From a virus, in IMG/VR virus record IMGVR_UViG_3300009455_000001: a stretch of 36,958 nucleotides of DNA; one strand, given 5' to 3'. The position numbers and the translations under genes are program-made. Of the stretch, positions 1-8,914 are shown piece after piece (the first letter of the stretch is position 1; every line of letters starts with the position of its first letter). The notes beneath the pieces were generated by a model. That model was not told the origin of the DNA and ran no database searches. It worked only from the letters and a program-made list of their open reading frames with translations.

Positions 1-123
1 ACAACGGTTCGGCGCATGTATGCTGAAATTGCCTATAAGCAACTTCCACAAAGACTGCAATTTTTGCATACTGCGCCTGTTGTTTGCTGTTCTCCCGCAC
101 ATTCCTTAGTTTTCTGCGGCGCG
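1..123. repeat. Terminal direct repeat, copy 1 (identical to 36836-36958); contig closes on itself, unit genome 36,835 bp
   Basis: Read directly: acaacggttcggcgcatgta...ttttctgcggcgcg occurs at both window ends. Confidence 0.95.
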
Positions 124-386
124 GTCTTTTTTCTTCCTTCAAAATTTATCGAATATCCAGTACCTTCACAAGCGCTACAAGCATAATCTTCGTATCCATC
201 AGACACTTTTCCAGAACCACCACAATTCGAGCACTCCCTTGGCGCAAGAGTGGTGATGCAATAAGGAGCACAAGAGCCTGGGAGCGTGTTCCATATCTTC
301 GTATCGTCCGCAAGCTCTTGACAATCTTTCCACGTCAAACCCTCGGCTATTACTTTATCGTCGCAGTGCATTATTGCGTAGTGCAT
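33..386 (-). CDS. Small Cys-rich protein with two DnaJ-type CxxCxGxG zinc-finger repeats
   Basis: 117-aa ORF; CSNCGGSG and CSACEGTG motifs; AAGGA RBS upstream of ATG 386; TAG stop lies in the loop of a long hairpin. Confidence 0.6.
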   Translation of the reverse strand: MHYAIMHCDDKVIAEGLTWKDCQELADDTKIWNTLPGSCAPYCITTLAPRECSNCGGSGKVSDGYEDYACSACEGTGYSINFEGRKKTAPQKTKECAGEQQTTGAVCKNCSLCGSCL

Positions 387-389
387 TTT

Positions 390-456
390 GTTTTCCTTCT
401 TTGTATTCCGCGCCGCCTACAACTCCCCTGTCTTGTGCGGGAGAATTGCAAACAAC
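390..456. repeat. Solo half-copy of the GC-clamped repeat module (CCGCGCCGCC...GCAAACAAC), directly upstream of ORF 33-386
   Basis: Aligns by eye with 36780-36840 (ttcttctgtctttccgccgccgcctacaat...attgcaaacaac). Its reverse complement aligns with 79-124. Confidence 0.7.
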
Positions 457-566
457 TTATACTTATCTGCGTATGAGTAGTTTCTGACCCACCCAGGTTA
501 CGCCTTCGTTTAAAAAATAGTAGCCTTTTTTATTTTCTATTTCTGTTTTGCAAATCACGCCACTTC

Positions 567-761
567 CTAAGATTTTTTGCCAGCGATAAGGTTTTTACCA
601 GCGAGTGCCGTTGCAATACCTGTTAGCAAATCGGAAACCTTCCCTGCCCACCAGCTTAGTTGTTGAAATTCTGGAAATGTGTATTGAACAACTAAAGCTA
701 TAGCTGCAAGCGTTGTCATCACACTAAGTGGGTGCTTTTTTAGTTTTTCGAGCATCACCAT
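567..761 (-). CDS. Holin-like small membrane protein (two hydrophobic helices)
   Basis: 64 aa; hydrophobic stretches LSVMTTLAAIALVVQYTF and LLTGIATALAGKNLIAG; immediately downstream of and overlapping the endolysin gene. Confidence 0.55.
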   Translation of the reverse strand: MVMLEKLKKHPLSVMTTLAAIALVVQYTFPEFQQLSWWAGKVSDLLTGIATALAGKNLIAGKKS

Positions 762-1072
762 CTCCTTTTTGGGCCGACATCACCATGGCAAAAAGTCTCA
801 TAAGCGTGTATTCCGCCAAACCCTACGCTTTGCATTGCAAGATAAATTTCCTTGGGTTTTGTGCGCGCTGCTCTACAGTCTATGGCCATGCCTTTTAAGT
901 GTGTGCTTGCTGGCTTTCCGCTAACTTCTTTGTTGTGTTTTTCGCACCTAAACCCAGAATTACAAAATAATTCTTCACCCAAAAGCACTTCCAGTTTTTC
1001 AACTTTTTCCTTTAGAATTGGATTTGGGGCTCCCTTACCGCAACATTTGCAGCTAAATTTAGTCCAGTCCAT
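755..1072 (-). CDS. Endolysin, peptidase M15A-type (zinc D-Ala-D-Ala carboxypeptidase fold)
   Basis: SGFRCEKHNKEVSGKPASTHLKGMAIDC ... FCHGD matches the SGYRCxxHNxxVGGxxxSxHxxGxAxD / H-x-D zinc motifs. ORF extends to 1177 but ATG 1072 has an AAAGGTG RBS and avoids overlap with the upstream gene. Confidence 0.8.
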   Translation of the reverse strand: MDWTKFSCKCCGKGAPNPILKEKVEKLEVLLGEELFCNSGFRCEKHNKEVSGKPASTHLKGMAIDCRAARTKPKEIYLAMQSVGFGGIHAYETFCHGDVGPKRRW

Positions 1073-1085
1073 GCCACACCTTTTT

Positions 1086-2045
1086 TTACGGCCCTTTGCA
1101 AGGGGCCATCCCTGCTCGCCAAAGCCTCCCGCATTTACGGGAAGTGGTAGAATCGCTTGAGTCATAAGGTTCATCACCGCCGATACTCCGCATAGTGCGC
1201 CAAAGCTCGCTATCGATATCTCTAAAGCTACCGCTTATGGTCGTCCCCACACCGAATAAAGGACTAGTCTTAAGAATGTGAACGCTATCACTTTTAAGTT
1301 TGATATCCGTGATACTTAAAAGGCTGTTCGCCCCTGGTGCAGTACCGTCATAACTTGAATTATAATTTCCTCCAGCTATTAAGGCTGAAAAGGCAGGTTG
1401 CGGGCTTGATTTTTCTGTTACAACTGCAACGTTAGTGGGTAGTGCTTCCGTTATCCCTTGCTTAAATCCTATCACGGTTACATTATTTAAGGCTATGGGT
1501 GCGTAGACCCCAGACTTCGTGCTAGAGCCAGTACTGCATCGCACAACGCTATTTTGCAATATCGCTCTAGGAGTACCACCTGGCAAGGCGGAATAAGTCA
1601 CGCCGTAAGCATCTACTATCGCTTTGATATAACATTTATCAACTATAACCCCTTCTACTGCTGAGTTGTATCTGACTACGTATTGACTGCTGTTTCCTTG
1701 CGCAATTGTTAAGCAACATACCCTAGCAAAAGGGGAATTATTTATATCAACCGTATGAGTTGTTGAGTTATAAATTTCGACCTTACTGTAGCCTAGACTG
1801 CTCATAAACATCGGGTAATTTGTCGCATCCGTATTCGTTTGTCCAGTAATGACGAGCGCACCTACATACCTCCCCGCTTGAGTCACGTCACAAGTATCAA
1901 TGCCGACACCTGAATAGTTTTTTGTTAAAAAATCCTCGCATTGCTGGGGTGTAAGGTAATCACCTGTCCCGTCCGCTCTAACAGTATACCTTTGGCCTGA
2001 AAAACAAAACGCTGTAAATAATAATATTAATTGCAGGATTTGCAT
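1086..2045 (-). CDS. Signal-peptide protein, probable right-handed beta-helix (pectin-lyase-like) fold; possible depolymerase
   Basis: 319 aa; hydrophobic N-terminus MQILQLILLFTAFCFSG; VRADGTGDYLTPQQ resembles the N-terminal motif of pectate-lyase-fold proteins; repetitive N/V/G-rich body. Confidence 0.4.
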   Translation of the reverse strand: MQILQLILLFTAFCFSGQRYTVRADGTGDYLTPQQCEDFLTKNYSGVGIDTCDVTQAGRYVGALVITGQTNTDATNYPMFMSSLGYSKVEIYNSTTHTVDINNSPFARVCCLTIAQGNSSQYVVRYNSAVEGVIVDKCYIKAIVDAYGVTYSALPGGTPRAILQNSVVRCSTGSSTKSGVYAPIALNNVTVIGFKQGITEALPTNVAVVTEKSSPQPAFSALIAGGNYNSSYDGTAPGANSLLSITDIKLKSDSVHILKTSPLFGVGTTISGSFRDIDSELWRTMRSIGGDEPYDSSDSTTSRKCGRLWRAGMAPCKGP

Positions 2046-2542
2046 TTTTCACCCTGTAAATAAATGCTAGACCCAAGCATTCCTCTTACAACGCCGTACG
2101 TCTTCAATTTTAATTTATCTTGCTCGCTTAGCCCGTATAGTTTTAATTTCCACCCCTCTTTTTCTTTCAAGCTGTCACTCTGAAAATAGTTTTTAGTGTC
2201 TTTCGCTTTTTTATGCCAAGAATCAGGCATCGCTAAAAGAGCGAAAAGTTTTGTAGAATCCACTAATATCGCAGGTCTTTGCGTACAGGCAAATGGGCTA
2301 TAATCGTGAATACTGGCAATGGTGTAGGGAATATCATTCCCACATTGACCATCGTTAATCATCGATTTGCTAGAGTCTGTAGGGCATGGCCTAAAAAATT
2401 CATAGCAAACCAAAACGTTATCCCCTGTTCGGTGATCATTTTGATAAATTCCACTAGCCTCAACGACTGCGCCTACCCAAGGCGAAATATTTTCCGCCAA
2501 ACAGACTTCTATTAAAAAGAATGATATATAAATAGATCTCAT
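2027..2542 (-). CDS. Hypothetical secreted protein (N-terminal signal-like sequence)
   Basis: 171-aa ORF; MRSIYISFFLIEVCLA hydrophobic N-terminus; overlaps neighbours by a few nt in operon style. Confidence 0.5.
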   Translation of the reverse strand: MRSIYISFFLIEVCLAENISPWVGAVVEASGIYQNDHRTGDNVLVCYEFFRPCPTDSSKSMINDGQCGNDIPYTIASIHDYSPFACTQRPAILVDSTKLFALLAMPDSWHKKAKDTKNYFQSDSLKEKEGWKLKLYGLSEQDKLKLKTYGVVRGMLGSSIYLQGEKCKSCN

Positions 2543-3075
2543 TTTTTTGCCTCCTTTACTAGTCTATAATTACCGAGAGATACTATTTTTGAATTTGTAT
2601 CTTTTAGTTTATCTCTTTGAGATTTTGTAACGTCACTAAAATTAATAACGTACCTGTTACCCGAATCGTTTAGGAATTTTTCTTTTTGCCCTTTCTTCCA
2701 GACCTGCACGCTAGGTTGAAATCGGCCCCATGCTTTAGGGGAACTATCAAGGCAAACGTCTGCCCATAATTTTACATCATCAGGCCCCACAAAAAAAGTA
2801 TCTTGCAAAGAATGCACTCGAAGATGTTCTCCGTGTTTTATATTTCCATCAACGCCTTTCCAAATCTCCACACAAACGCTTTCCGTGTCGCTCGAAGTTG
2901 GGGGAAACAGAATATCGGCGTTGGTCGCTGTAGCTGCTATAGAATTTTTATCTAATTTTTGCCCCTTAGCGCTCACACGCATAGCTAAAAATGTGAGCAG
3001 TATAACTATTAAAGATGCAAGGCTAAACAACGTAGCTTTTTTCCTGTTCTCTAATTCGTGCATAAACTCTCCCAT
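2539..3075 (-). CDS. Hypothetical membrane-anchored protein (single N-terminal TM)
   Basis: 178-aa ORF; ATLFSLASLIVILLTFLAM transmembrane segment after a charged N-terminus. Confidence 0.5.
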   Translation of the reverse strand: MGEFMHELENRKKATLFSLASLIVILLTFLAMRVSAKGQKLDKNSIAATATNADILFPPTSSDTESVCVEIWKGVDGNIKHGEHLRVHSLQDTFFVGPDDVKLWADVCLDSSPKAWGRFQPSVQVWKKGQKEKFLNDSGNRYVINFSDVTKSQRDKLKDTNSKIVSLGNYRLVKEAKK

Positions 3076-3088
3076 CTAAATATAAGTT

Positions 3089-4303
3089 TTAAATCTGCTC
3101 TCGCCATACGAGCGCGCCATGAAAACTTTGAGGCGAAGCTGATAAATTTGTAATCGCTAGCGACAAAATATCCGAGGTTCCAGCTATATTTGCGCCTAAC
3201 CTAAGTGCGTCATCCAAGGGAAGAGAAATCCCATCCTGTGAATTGGAAACGTAACAGATATAACCTTGCGTTCCACCAGTAATAACGGTAGCCGCGACAT
3301 CGTATTCAATTGCGGAATTGGTTATCGAATTCCAGCTCGCCCCCGTCAATGTTGGGTTAACAAGCAGCCTCCAAGCGAAATTAGCAACTCCAGTCGTGAG
3401 CACAGAAACGAAAAGTGTGTTAATTGGAATATCTAAATGTGTTGATTTTTTCCTAATACTTAAAACTGGATAGATCGCCCCAGAGCCTATGGAAACGGCT
3501 ATTGAACGGTCTATTCCTGTAACCCGTCCAGCTGGGGTCTGACCACCCTCAGAAACAACACTAGAGCAGATCTGCACCAAGTTACTCGCGGCTCCGCTAC
3601 CATCGTTTACGATCTCATAGCGTAACGGAAGATTTGGATTGGACATATAAACCACATTAAGGCTATTAGCGTGGTTCATTTCGTGACAGTAAACGATTTC
3701 ACCGCCAATCACAAAACCGAATCGAACGCGTCCGACTCCAAGCCATTCAAAGTCTATGTAAAATACTTGAGTTTTGCTGGTATCAAGCGTAATCCCGCTT
3801 TTGCCTGTTCCATCAAGTTTGTCTAGGTTCCAATTAGATTGCGAAACCGATGAATCTACTGCGCTTCCGCTAGTGTACGTTCTGCGAGCCACACTCAAAA
3901 TTGAACCCGCAAGCTCGAAAAATAGTCCATTTTTCTCATCAAAATAGCCGATTCTACGTGTTATTCCTGCGGCTCCAGAGCCTAGCACTCCAGTCATTCT
4001 AATTAGCTGACTTTTCCCTGGTTGATATCCAAAACGCCTAAACGTCTGCCTAACTCTCGTTCCTGCCGCGCTTGCGCCGACTGATAGAGTTACGCTCGCT
4101 TGATTAGTGTTGTATGTTGAGCTTGTCCCAGCTCCGCTGGTTTGCTGGTCATCCCAAAATAACGGTTGAGCATCGTTGGTTAGTTTTGAATCAAACAAAG
4201 TTTCAGGCATGGAAACTCTTGCATAACCAAAAGCATCAACGCTCGCGCTGTCACCAAATTTAATTGATAGAGGATTAGGAATAGCCAAACCAGGGGCGAT
4301 CAT
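3089..4303 (-). CDS. Virion structural protein, beta-sandwich type; probable tail fibre / receptor-binding protein
   Basis: 404-aa ORF in the late operon; beta-rich sequence (FYIDFEWLGVGRVRFGFVIGGEIVYCHEMNHAN...LPLRYEIVNDG); function from position and composition only. Confidence 0.45.
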   Translation of the reverse strand: MIAPGLAIPNPLSIKFGDSASVDAFGYARVSMPETLFDSKLTNDAQPLFWDDQQTSGAGTSSTYNTNQASVTLSVGASAAGTRVRQTFRRFGYQPGKSQLIRMTGVLGSGAAGITRRIGYFDEKNGLFFELAGSILSVARRTYTSGSAVDSSVSQSNWNLDKLDGTGKSGITLDTSKTQVFYIDFEWLGVGRVRFGFVIGGEIVYCHEMNHANSLNVVYMSNPNLPLRYEIVNDGSGAASNLVQICSSVVSEGGQTPAGRVTGIDRSIAVSIGSGAIYPVLSIRKKSTHLDIPINTLFVSVLTTGVANFAWRLLVNPTLTGASWNSITNSAIEYDVAATVITGGTQGYICYVSNSQDGISLPLDDALRLGANIAGTSDILSLAITNLSASPQSFHGALVWREQI

Positions 4304-7002
4304 TCGTTGTACTCCCTGTTAATTTGAGAAACAATACGAGCGAATACTGCTGGTGATGTAGCTTTCTTCGCAGCGGATGAAAGCGTTCTTAACCGTTTCT
4401 CGGCCACCCCACGCTTTAATGCAGATTTTATTGCATCTTTCGCCTTCTCTGGCATCCCCTCCCACATCGCGCTCTGCCCTTTCATCGCTAAGTCTAAGTA
4501 GTCGTCTCCTGCTTTCATTTGAGTCTCAAACGCTTTCTTTAATTCTTCCCCTTGACCATAAGCTTTTTCTGCAATAATCTTTAGTCTGCTTTGCAGAGCC
4601 TTAGGAAACTCTTTTGGTAGTTCACCTTCACGCGCTAAATAGGCTACTCCGTAGGCCATCCTTTCTCGTGCCTCATCGTCCCATTCCTTCAAACCCATAG
4701 CCTTAACAAACGCTTTACGGTCGCTGTCTGGCAGTTTGTCCATGTAGTCTGCTGCGTGGTCAATTTCGTGTAATGCTGTTTCAAGGTCAGCTTCTTTACC
4801 AAACTCAATCCGTGCGCCTTTGTCTGTTTTTACGGTTGTTCCTTTGATAGTCGATTTGGATTTTTGGTATGCGATGTCTTTTGGGTTGTCCGATTTGCCT
4901 TCTGGTACCCTAGAAAGCTCTATAGATTTTTGATTTAGTAAATTAGCTCCATCTTCTCTCCCTAAATAATTAATCTTATTAGGTTTAATCTGTTCGCTGG
5001 ATGGTCGGTCAAAATAAGCACTTTTGGAATGCGGCGTAGGCGACGTCGTGATCGTCATCCCACCTTCTGTCCTGAAAACTTCATCTTCGTACAAATCCTC
5101 GTCTGGGTTGTGGTCTAGACCTGCTTTTCTGTCTAATTCTCTAGCGTTGCGATATGATTGTTCGTAATCTTTATTTCCTAGGTAGCCTTCTTTAGGAAAT
5201 GGAATTTCTGTATGAAACAATACATTCCCATTTTCGTCTAAAAGTTCTCCTTTGTCGTTTAGTTTAGTTTCAGGTTTAATTTCTTTGCGCTTTTTTGGCG
5301 GGAACGTTTCTGGGATAGGTTCTCCAGATTTAATTAATTCTAAAACTGCGTCATCGTTTGTCGGCTTTCCTCTTCTTTTTAAAAGCTCTTTGGCTCTCTC
5401 GAATTCTGGTGCTTTTTCATTTTTCCATTGTTTCCCCGTTTCGCCCCAATCTCTTTCTGGAAGCGATTCAAATGTTTGAACCTGGTCAAAGTCTTCGTTA
5501 CGTCCGCTTCTTCGGTAGTAAGCTCGTAGATCGGCAATTTCGTTTTCTGGTATACCTTTTTTTCGAAGGACATCGAATAATTGTTCGCGTTCAGCTACGC
5601 CTTTGCCTTGTATTCTTTTTCCCATCCAGTTTAAAAGCCTTGCTGTTGCAGGACTCTTCAACGCTGCATCCGCGACCATTCCTACAGCCGCCCCCTTTAC
5701 GCCTCCTAATACTCCCCCCAATCCTCCCGCCCATACATTACGGCTAGGAAGTACATTTTGACGGGCCTTTACTCCGTTTCGATATTTTACGGCATTTTTT
5801 ACGGCGATCAAACTATGAATGTCTTGATTTAATTCGTTCAATTCTCGCCTTGCTGTTGGGTTTTTAAAGGCTTCTTGAACTGCTTTTTCAATATGATCTC
5901 TTAAAACAGTAAAAGCTTTAGTGTAAACTTCTTTTGTTACTGTCGCGTTTGGGTCTATTCCCATCTTTTGGCCTACAGCTGCAAAAGCAGCTTCATCTCC
6001 CCAAGCTGATTTTATTTGTAAAGCGTCTGCAATGTTAACATGTCCAACGCGCCCATTTTTATCAATTAACGATCTGATTGACTCTTTTAAAGAATTTATC
6101 GCTTGTTCTGATTTTGCTTCTCTACCTAATGTCCCCTTTGCAAACGTTTCTTCAAGCGCATTATCTATACTTCTATTTAAATCAATTATCGGATTTTTTT
6201 TACCTGCTGATTTTAACATGTTTCTTGCTTTGTTTGTCAATTCTGCTATTTTATCGCTTAAAACTTCTTCCGCGTCTTCAGTTGCTCCGTGTATTCCATA
6301 TTTTTTTAGTGTCTCAATTTTGGCACCTTTTTTTAGGTCTTTAGACAAAAATCTTACATCGCTTTTCGTTATTGCATCGGATAAATTTGTGAATGGTTTA
6401 GCTGTTAATTCTCTTATTGCTGCAATCCCTTCTCTAATCGCTGGCCGTGCTGCGCCATAACCTTTTGCTGCTACTCCTAGTACACCAGAAGCTAATAATG
6501 TTGGGTCGCTAGCCGCGCTAGCAACAAATTCTCCTACCATCTCCCCTGTTTTCTGCCCAATATTTCCCATATATTTTGCTGATTCTTCTGGATTAGATTG
6601 CATACCTATTGGGGTTTGATACGCCATTCCTCGTCCGTAGGTTTCGCCAACCGCTCGTCCCATTTTTCCCAACGGCTCGGAAATAGGCTTAGCAAAACTG
6701 GTAAATTCTTTCGGGTCACCAATTTTTGATTCCTTATACCCAGCCATCCTATCGATTGCAACGGGCACGGCATTTCCGAGCACAGTAAGAGCAGCTAAAG
6801 GATCGCTTTTTTTTGCTAAGTCTGGATATCTTGGATCAACTTGACGAATCGGCTGACTCAAAGCTTGTTGAAGCTGGCCATACTGGCCTCTTATACCTTT
6901 TGGAATTGAGTTCTGCGTTGGCTGTGGTTTTATAACTCCATTTTCAATCGCTTCTTGTTCTTCAAGTTCTAAGAGTTCAAGTTCTTCCGCTTCTGTTAAC
7001 AT
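4300..7002 (-). CDS. Large (900 aa) probable internal virion / ejection protein with a C-terminal HExxH zincin motif
   Basis: Long ORF with acidic coiled-coil N-terminus and Gly-rich hydrophobic segment; ALHEIDHAADY (HEIDH encoded at 4756-4770). Confidence 0.5.
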   Translation of the reverse strand: MLTEAEELELLELEEQEAIENGVIKPQPTQNSIPKGIRGQYGQLQQALSQPIRQVDPRYPDLAKKSDPLAALTVLGNAVPVAIDRMAGYKESKIGDPKEFTSFAKPISEPLGKMGRAVGETYGRGMAYQTPIGMQSNPEESAKYMGNIGQKTGEMVGEFVASAASDPTLLASGVLGVAAKGYGAARPAIREGIAAIRELTAKPFTNLSDAITKSDVRFLSKDLKKGAKIETLKKYGIHGATEDAEEVLSDKIAELTNKARNMLKSAGKKNPIIDLNRSIDNALEETFAKGTLGREAKSEQAINSLKESIRSLIDKNGRVGHVNIADALQIKSAWGDEAAFAAVGQKMGIDPNATVTKEVYTKAFTVLRDHIEKAVQEAFKNPTARRELNELNQDIHSLIAVKNAVKYRNGVKARQNVLPSRNVWAGGLGGVLGGVKGAAVGMVADAALKSPATARLLNWMGKRIQGKGVAEREQLFDVLRKKGIPENEIADLRAYYRRSGRNEDFDQVQTFESLPERDWGETGKQWKNEKAPEFERAKELLKRRGKPTNDDAVLELIKSGEPIPETFPPKKRKEIKPETKLNDKGELLDENGNVLFHTEIPFPKEGYLGNKDYEQSYRNARELDRKAGLDHNPDEDLYEDEVFRTEGGMTITTSPTPHSKSAYFDRPSSEQIKPNKINYLGREDGANLLNQKSIELSRVPEGKSDNPKDIAYQKSKSTIKGTTVKTDKGARIEFGKEADLETALHEIDHAADYMDKLPDSDRKAFVKAMGLKEWDDEARERMAYGVAYLAREGELPKEFPKALQSRLKIIAEKAYGQGEELKKAFETQMKAGDDYLDLAMKGQSAMWEGMPEKAKDAIKSALKRGVAEKRLRTLSSAAKKATSPAVFARIVSQINREYNE

Positions 7003-8462
7003 TATTGTAATCTCCCCGCTGCTCTTTTTGCTCTAAGCTCGGCCAATCTGCGAGCTTTATCACTAGTCCATGTAGGTTGAGTTAAATTCTGTTGGGGACG
7101 TTGTTCTTCAATAACTTTAGGAACGTTTTTAAGCTGCCCATACCCTTGACGATCGACTCTTCTAGCTGATTCTTGGTCTGCGGTAACAAATCGATCGTAG
7201 TCGTTTTTGATTGCCTCATAGTAATTCTGAAGCCCCTGTCTAAATTCTTCGATCGTTCCTGTGGTGTTGACTCCAAATTCCTGTTCAAGCCGATTTAATT
7301 CCTGCTCTGTTACTGCGGCACCAGAACGCTGTTTTAAAACTTTATTTATCAAAGCTTGGACTCCAGGGCGAATCTTGTTTGCCTCGTCTGTTTTCCAAAA
7401 TTTTCTAAATGGCTTTGTACCAAAACCATATCCAGCAATTCCATCGGTTCCGTATATTCCACCTGGTACTAGCTTGTCTAAGTTTTGGTATGCGTATAAT
7501 ATTTCCGCTTGGTCTTTAGTGTTTTTTACAAAGTTGGTTAATTTAGATGTTTCTTGTCTTTTTTGGTCTTCCTTCGCAAGGCTTAGACGTTCTTCGCTTA
7601 ATCCCAAGCCTTTTTTCTTAAGTCCTAGTTCTTCGCTTCTTAATTGTAAGATTTGCTTTTGCCACTCTGTCAATGGCCGCCCAGCCCTTAAATCTTCTTT
7701 TAAAATCGCTAACTGTGCTTTTTCTTCATAAGGAATTGTTTTTTTATCGAATCTCCCACCTTGCGCTCTATCCTGTTGCGCGATCAAACTTTTTTCGTAT
7801 TCGTCCACGCCTGTAGCGCCAGCTTGGAACGATTCTCTGGCTAACCTTCCAGCTGTCCAAGGTTCAAAGGTTTGGTCTTGTGGAGGGTTGCTTTCAAGGT
7901 CTTCGATACCTGCCATATGAAATCGATTTGCCCCATCCTGTGCCATCTGGTTAATTTGTTGATCTACGTTATCATCCAACCCACCTTGAATACTTATTTC
8001 CTGCATCTCCCCTGGTTGAGTAGCCCTCTGATGCCGAGTCGGTATCCCCTGAATACTTCTAGCTTTATCCAAGGCTTGCGCCGTTTGTTGAGCGTATAAG
8101 TCTGCTTGTTGTTGTTTTTGCAGAGCTTTGTCTGCGTTGCGATCTGCTTCTTTTTCTGCCGCTCTAGTTGCTTGCTCGATACGTTTGTTTTGTTCGTCAA
8201 TCATTTTTTGACGTACTTTTTCTTCGGCAGCAATGCGATCTTGTTTTTGTTGAAATTCCCTTTGTCTTCTGCTTTCCTCTTGTTGCGCTCTAAAAGCCGT
8301 GTCTTTTGCCTCTATCCTGCGTTGAATCATGTCCTCAAGCTGTTGTTGCCGTTGTGAATATTGGAATTTGTCATCCTGAATATTCTTGTAAGTTTCGGGA
8401 ATGAGTTGACCTCCTGCGATCAAGCTTCTGCCGATTTCCTGCCACATTTGAGGTTTTGTCAT
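7002..8462 (-). CDS. Coiled-coil, Gln/Glu/Arg-rich virion protein (probable internal/ejection protein)
   Basis: 486-aa ORF; long heptad-like charged stretches; sits between other large late ORFs. Confidence 0.45.
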   Translation of the reverse strand: MTKPQMWQEIGRSLIAGGQLIPETYKNIQDDKFQYSQRQQQLEDMIQRRIEAKDTAFRAQQEESRRQREFQQKQDRIAAEEKVRQKMIDEQNKRIEQATRAAEKEADRNADKALQKQQQADLYAQQTAQALDKARSIQGIPTRHQRATQPGEMQEISIQGGLDDNVDQQINQMAQDGANRFHMAGIEDLESNPPQDQTFEPWTAGRLARESFQAGATGVDEYEKSLIAQQDRAQGGRFDKKTIPYEEKAQLAILKEDLRAGRPLTEWQKQILQLRSEELGLKKKGLGLSEERLSLAKEDQKRQETSKLTNFVKNTKDQAEILYAYQNLDKLVPGGIYGTDGIAGYGFGTKPFRKFWKTDEANKIRPGVQALINKVLKQRSGAAVTEQELNRLEQEFGVNTTGTIEEFRQGLQNYYEAIKNDYDRFVTADQESARRVDRQGYGQLKNVPKVIEEQRPQQNLTQPTWTSDKARRLAELRAKRAAGRLQ

Positions 8463-8473
8463 TCTACTGCTCC

Positions 8474-8905
8474 TTACATTCTGTTTCTAGTGTAATAATT
8501 TCCGTATGCTGAATCTAAGTTCTGTCTATAGTCCTGAGCGTATTGCCCGCTTGAAATGTCATTGGAAAAGTCTTGTTGTTTTAACTGATCGTCACGCTGC
8601 TGTTGTTGCATTTTCATCTGGAGATCAAAACGCCTTTGATTTTCTCGCGCAGCTTCTTCTGTCGCTTTGTCTTGTTGATAAGCACCGTAAATATTGGCTA
8701 AAAGTCCAGCTCCCTGCATCGCTGCACCTGCTATCATTAGTGGCGGTGCTCCACTAGACATGGCTAAACCTCCAGCTTGGCTTAAAACAGATCCTGCCAT
8801 TCCATTGCCTGAGCTTTGTTGCATTGGAACAGTAGAAGGTTGAAACTTGTAACCCCCATACTCAGGGTTTGGCATGCTCTGTGGCAATTGTAGTCCGTGA
8901 TTCAT
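8474..8905 (-). CDS. Small virion protein with Gly/Ala-rich hydrophobic segment (membrane-inserting ejection-protein-like)
   Basis: 143 aa; GSVLSQAGGLAMSSGAPPLMIAGAAMQGAGLLANIYGA followed by a Gln-rich charged tail. Confidence 0.4.
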   Translation of the reverse strand: MNHGLQLPQSMPNPEYGGYKFQPSTVPMQQSSGNGMAGSVLSQAGGLAMSSGAPPLMIAGAAMQGAGLLANIYGAYQQDKATEEAARENQRRFDLQMKMQQQQRDDQLKQQDFSNDISSGQYAQDYRQNLDSAYGNYYTRNRM

Positions 8906-8914
8906 AAATTCCTC

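Noticed and set aside
84-476. Plus-strand ORFs antisense to the late and replication genes (e.g. 84-476, 852-1160, 6032-6460, 7261-7731, 18425-18754, 20892-21407, 28876-29109, 33663-34493)
   Set aside because: They are shadow ORFs fully embedded in longer minus-strand genes with recognisable motifs. Their products are low-complexity and Leu/Ser/Phe-rich, and they lack RBSs.
5379-5573. Nested same-strand ORFs (5379-5573, 7082-7288, 7994-8200, 13307-13495, 17665-17877, 22670-22954, 29367-29615, 31460-31654)
   Set aside because: They are out-of-frame ORFs inside longer, better-supported genes, with no independent start signals.
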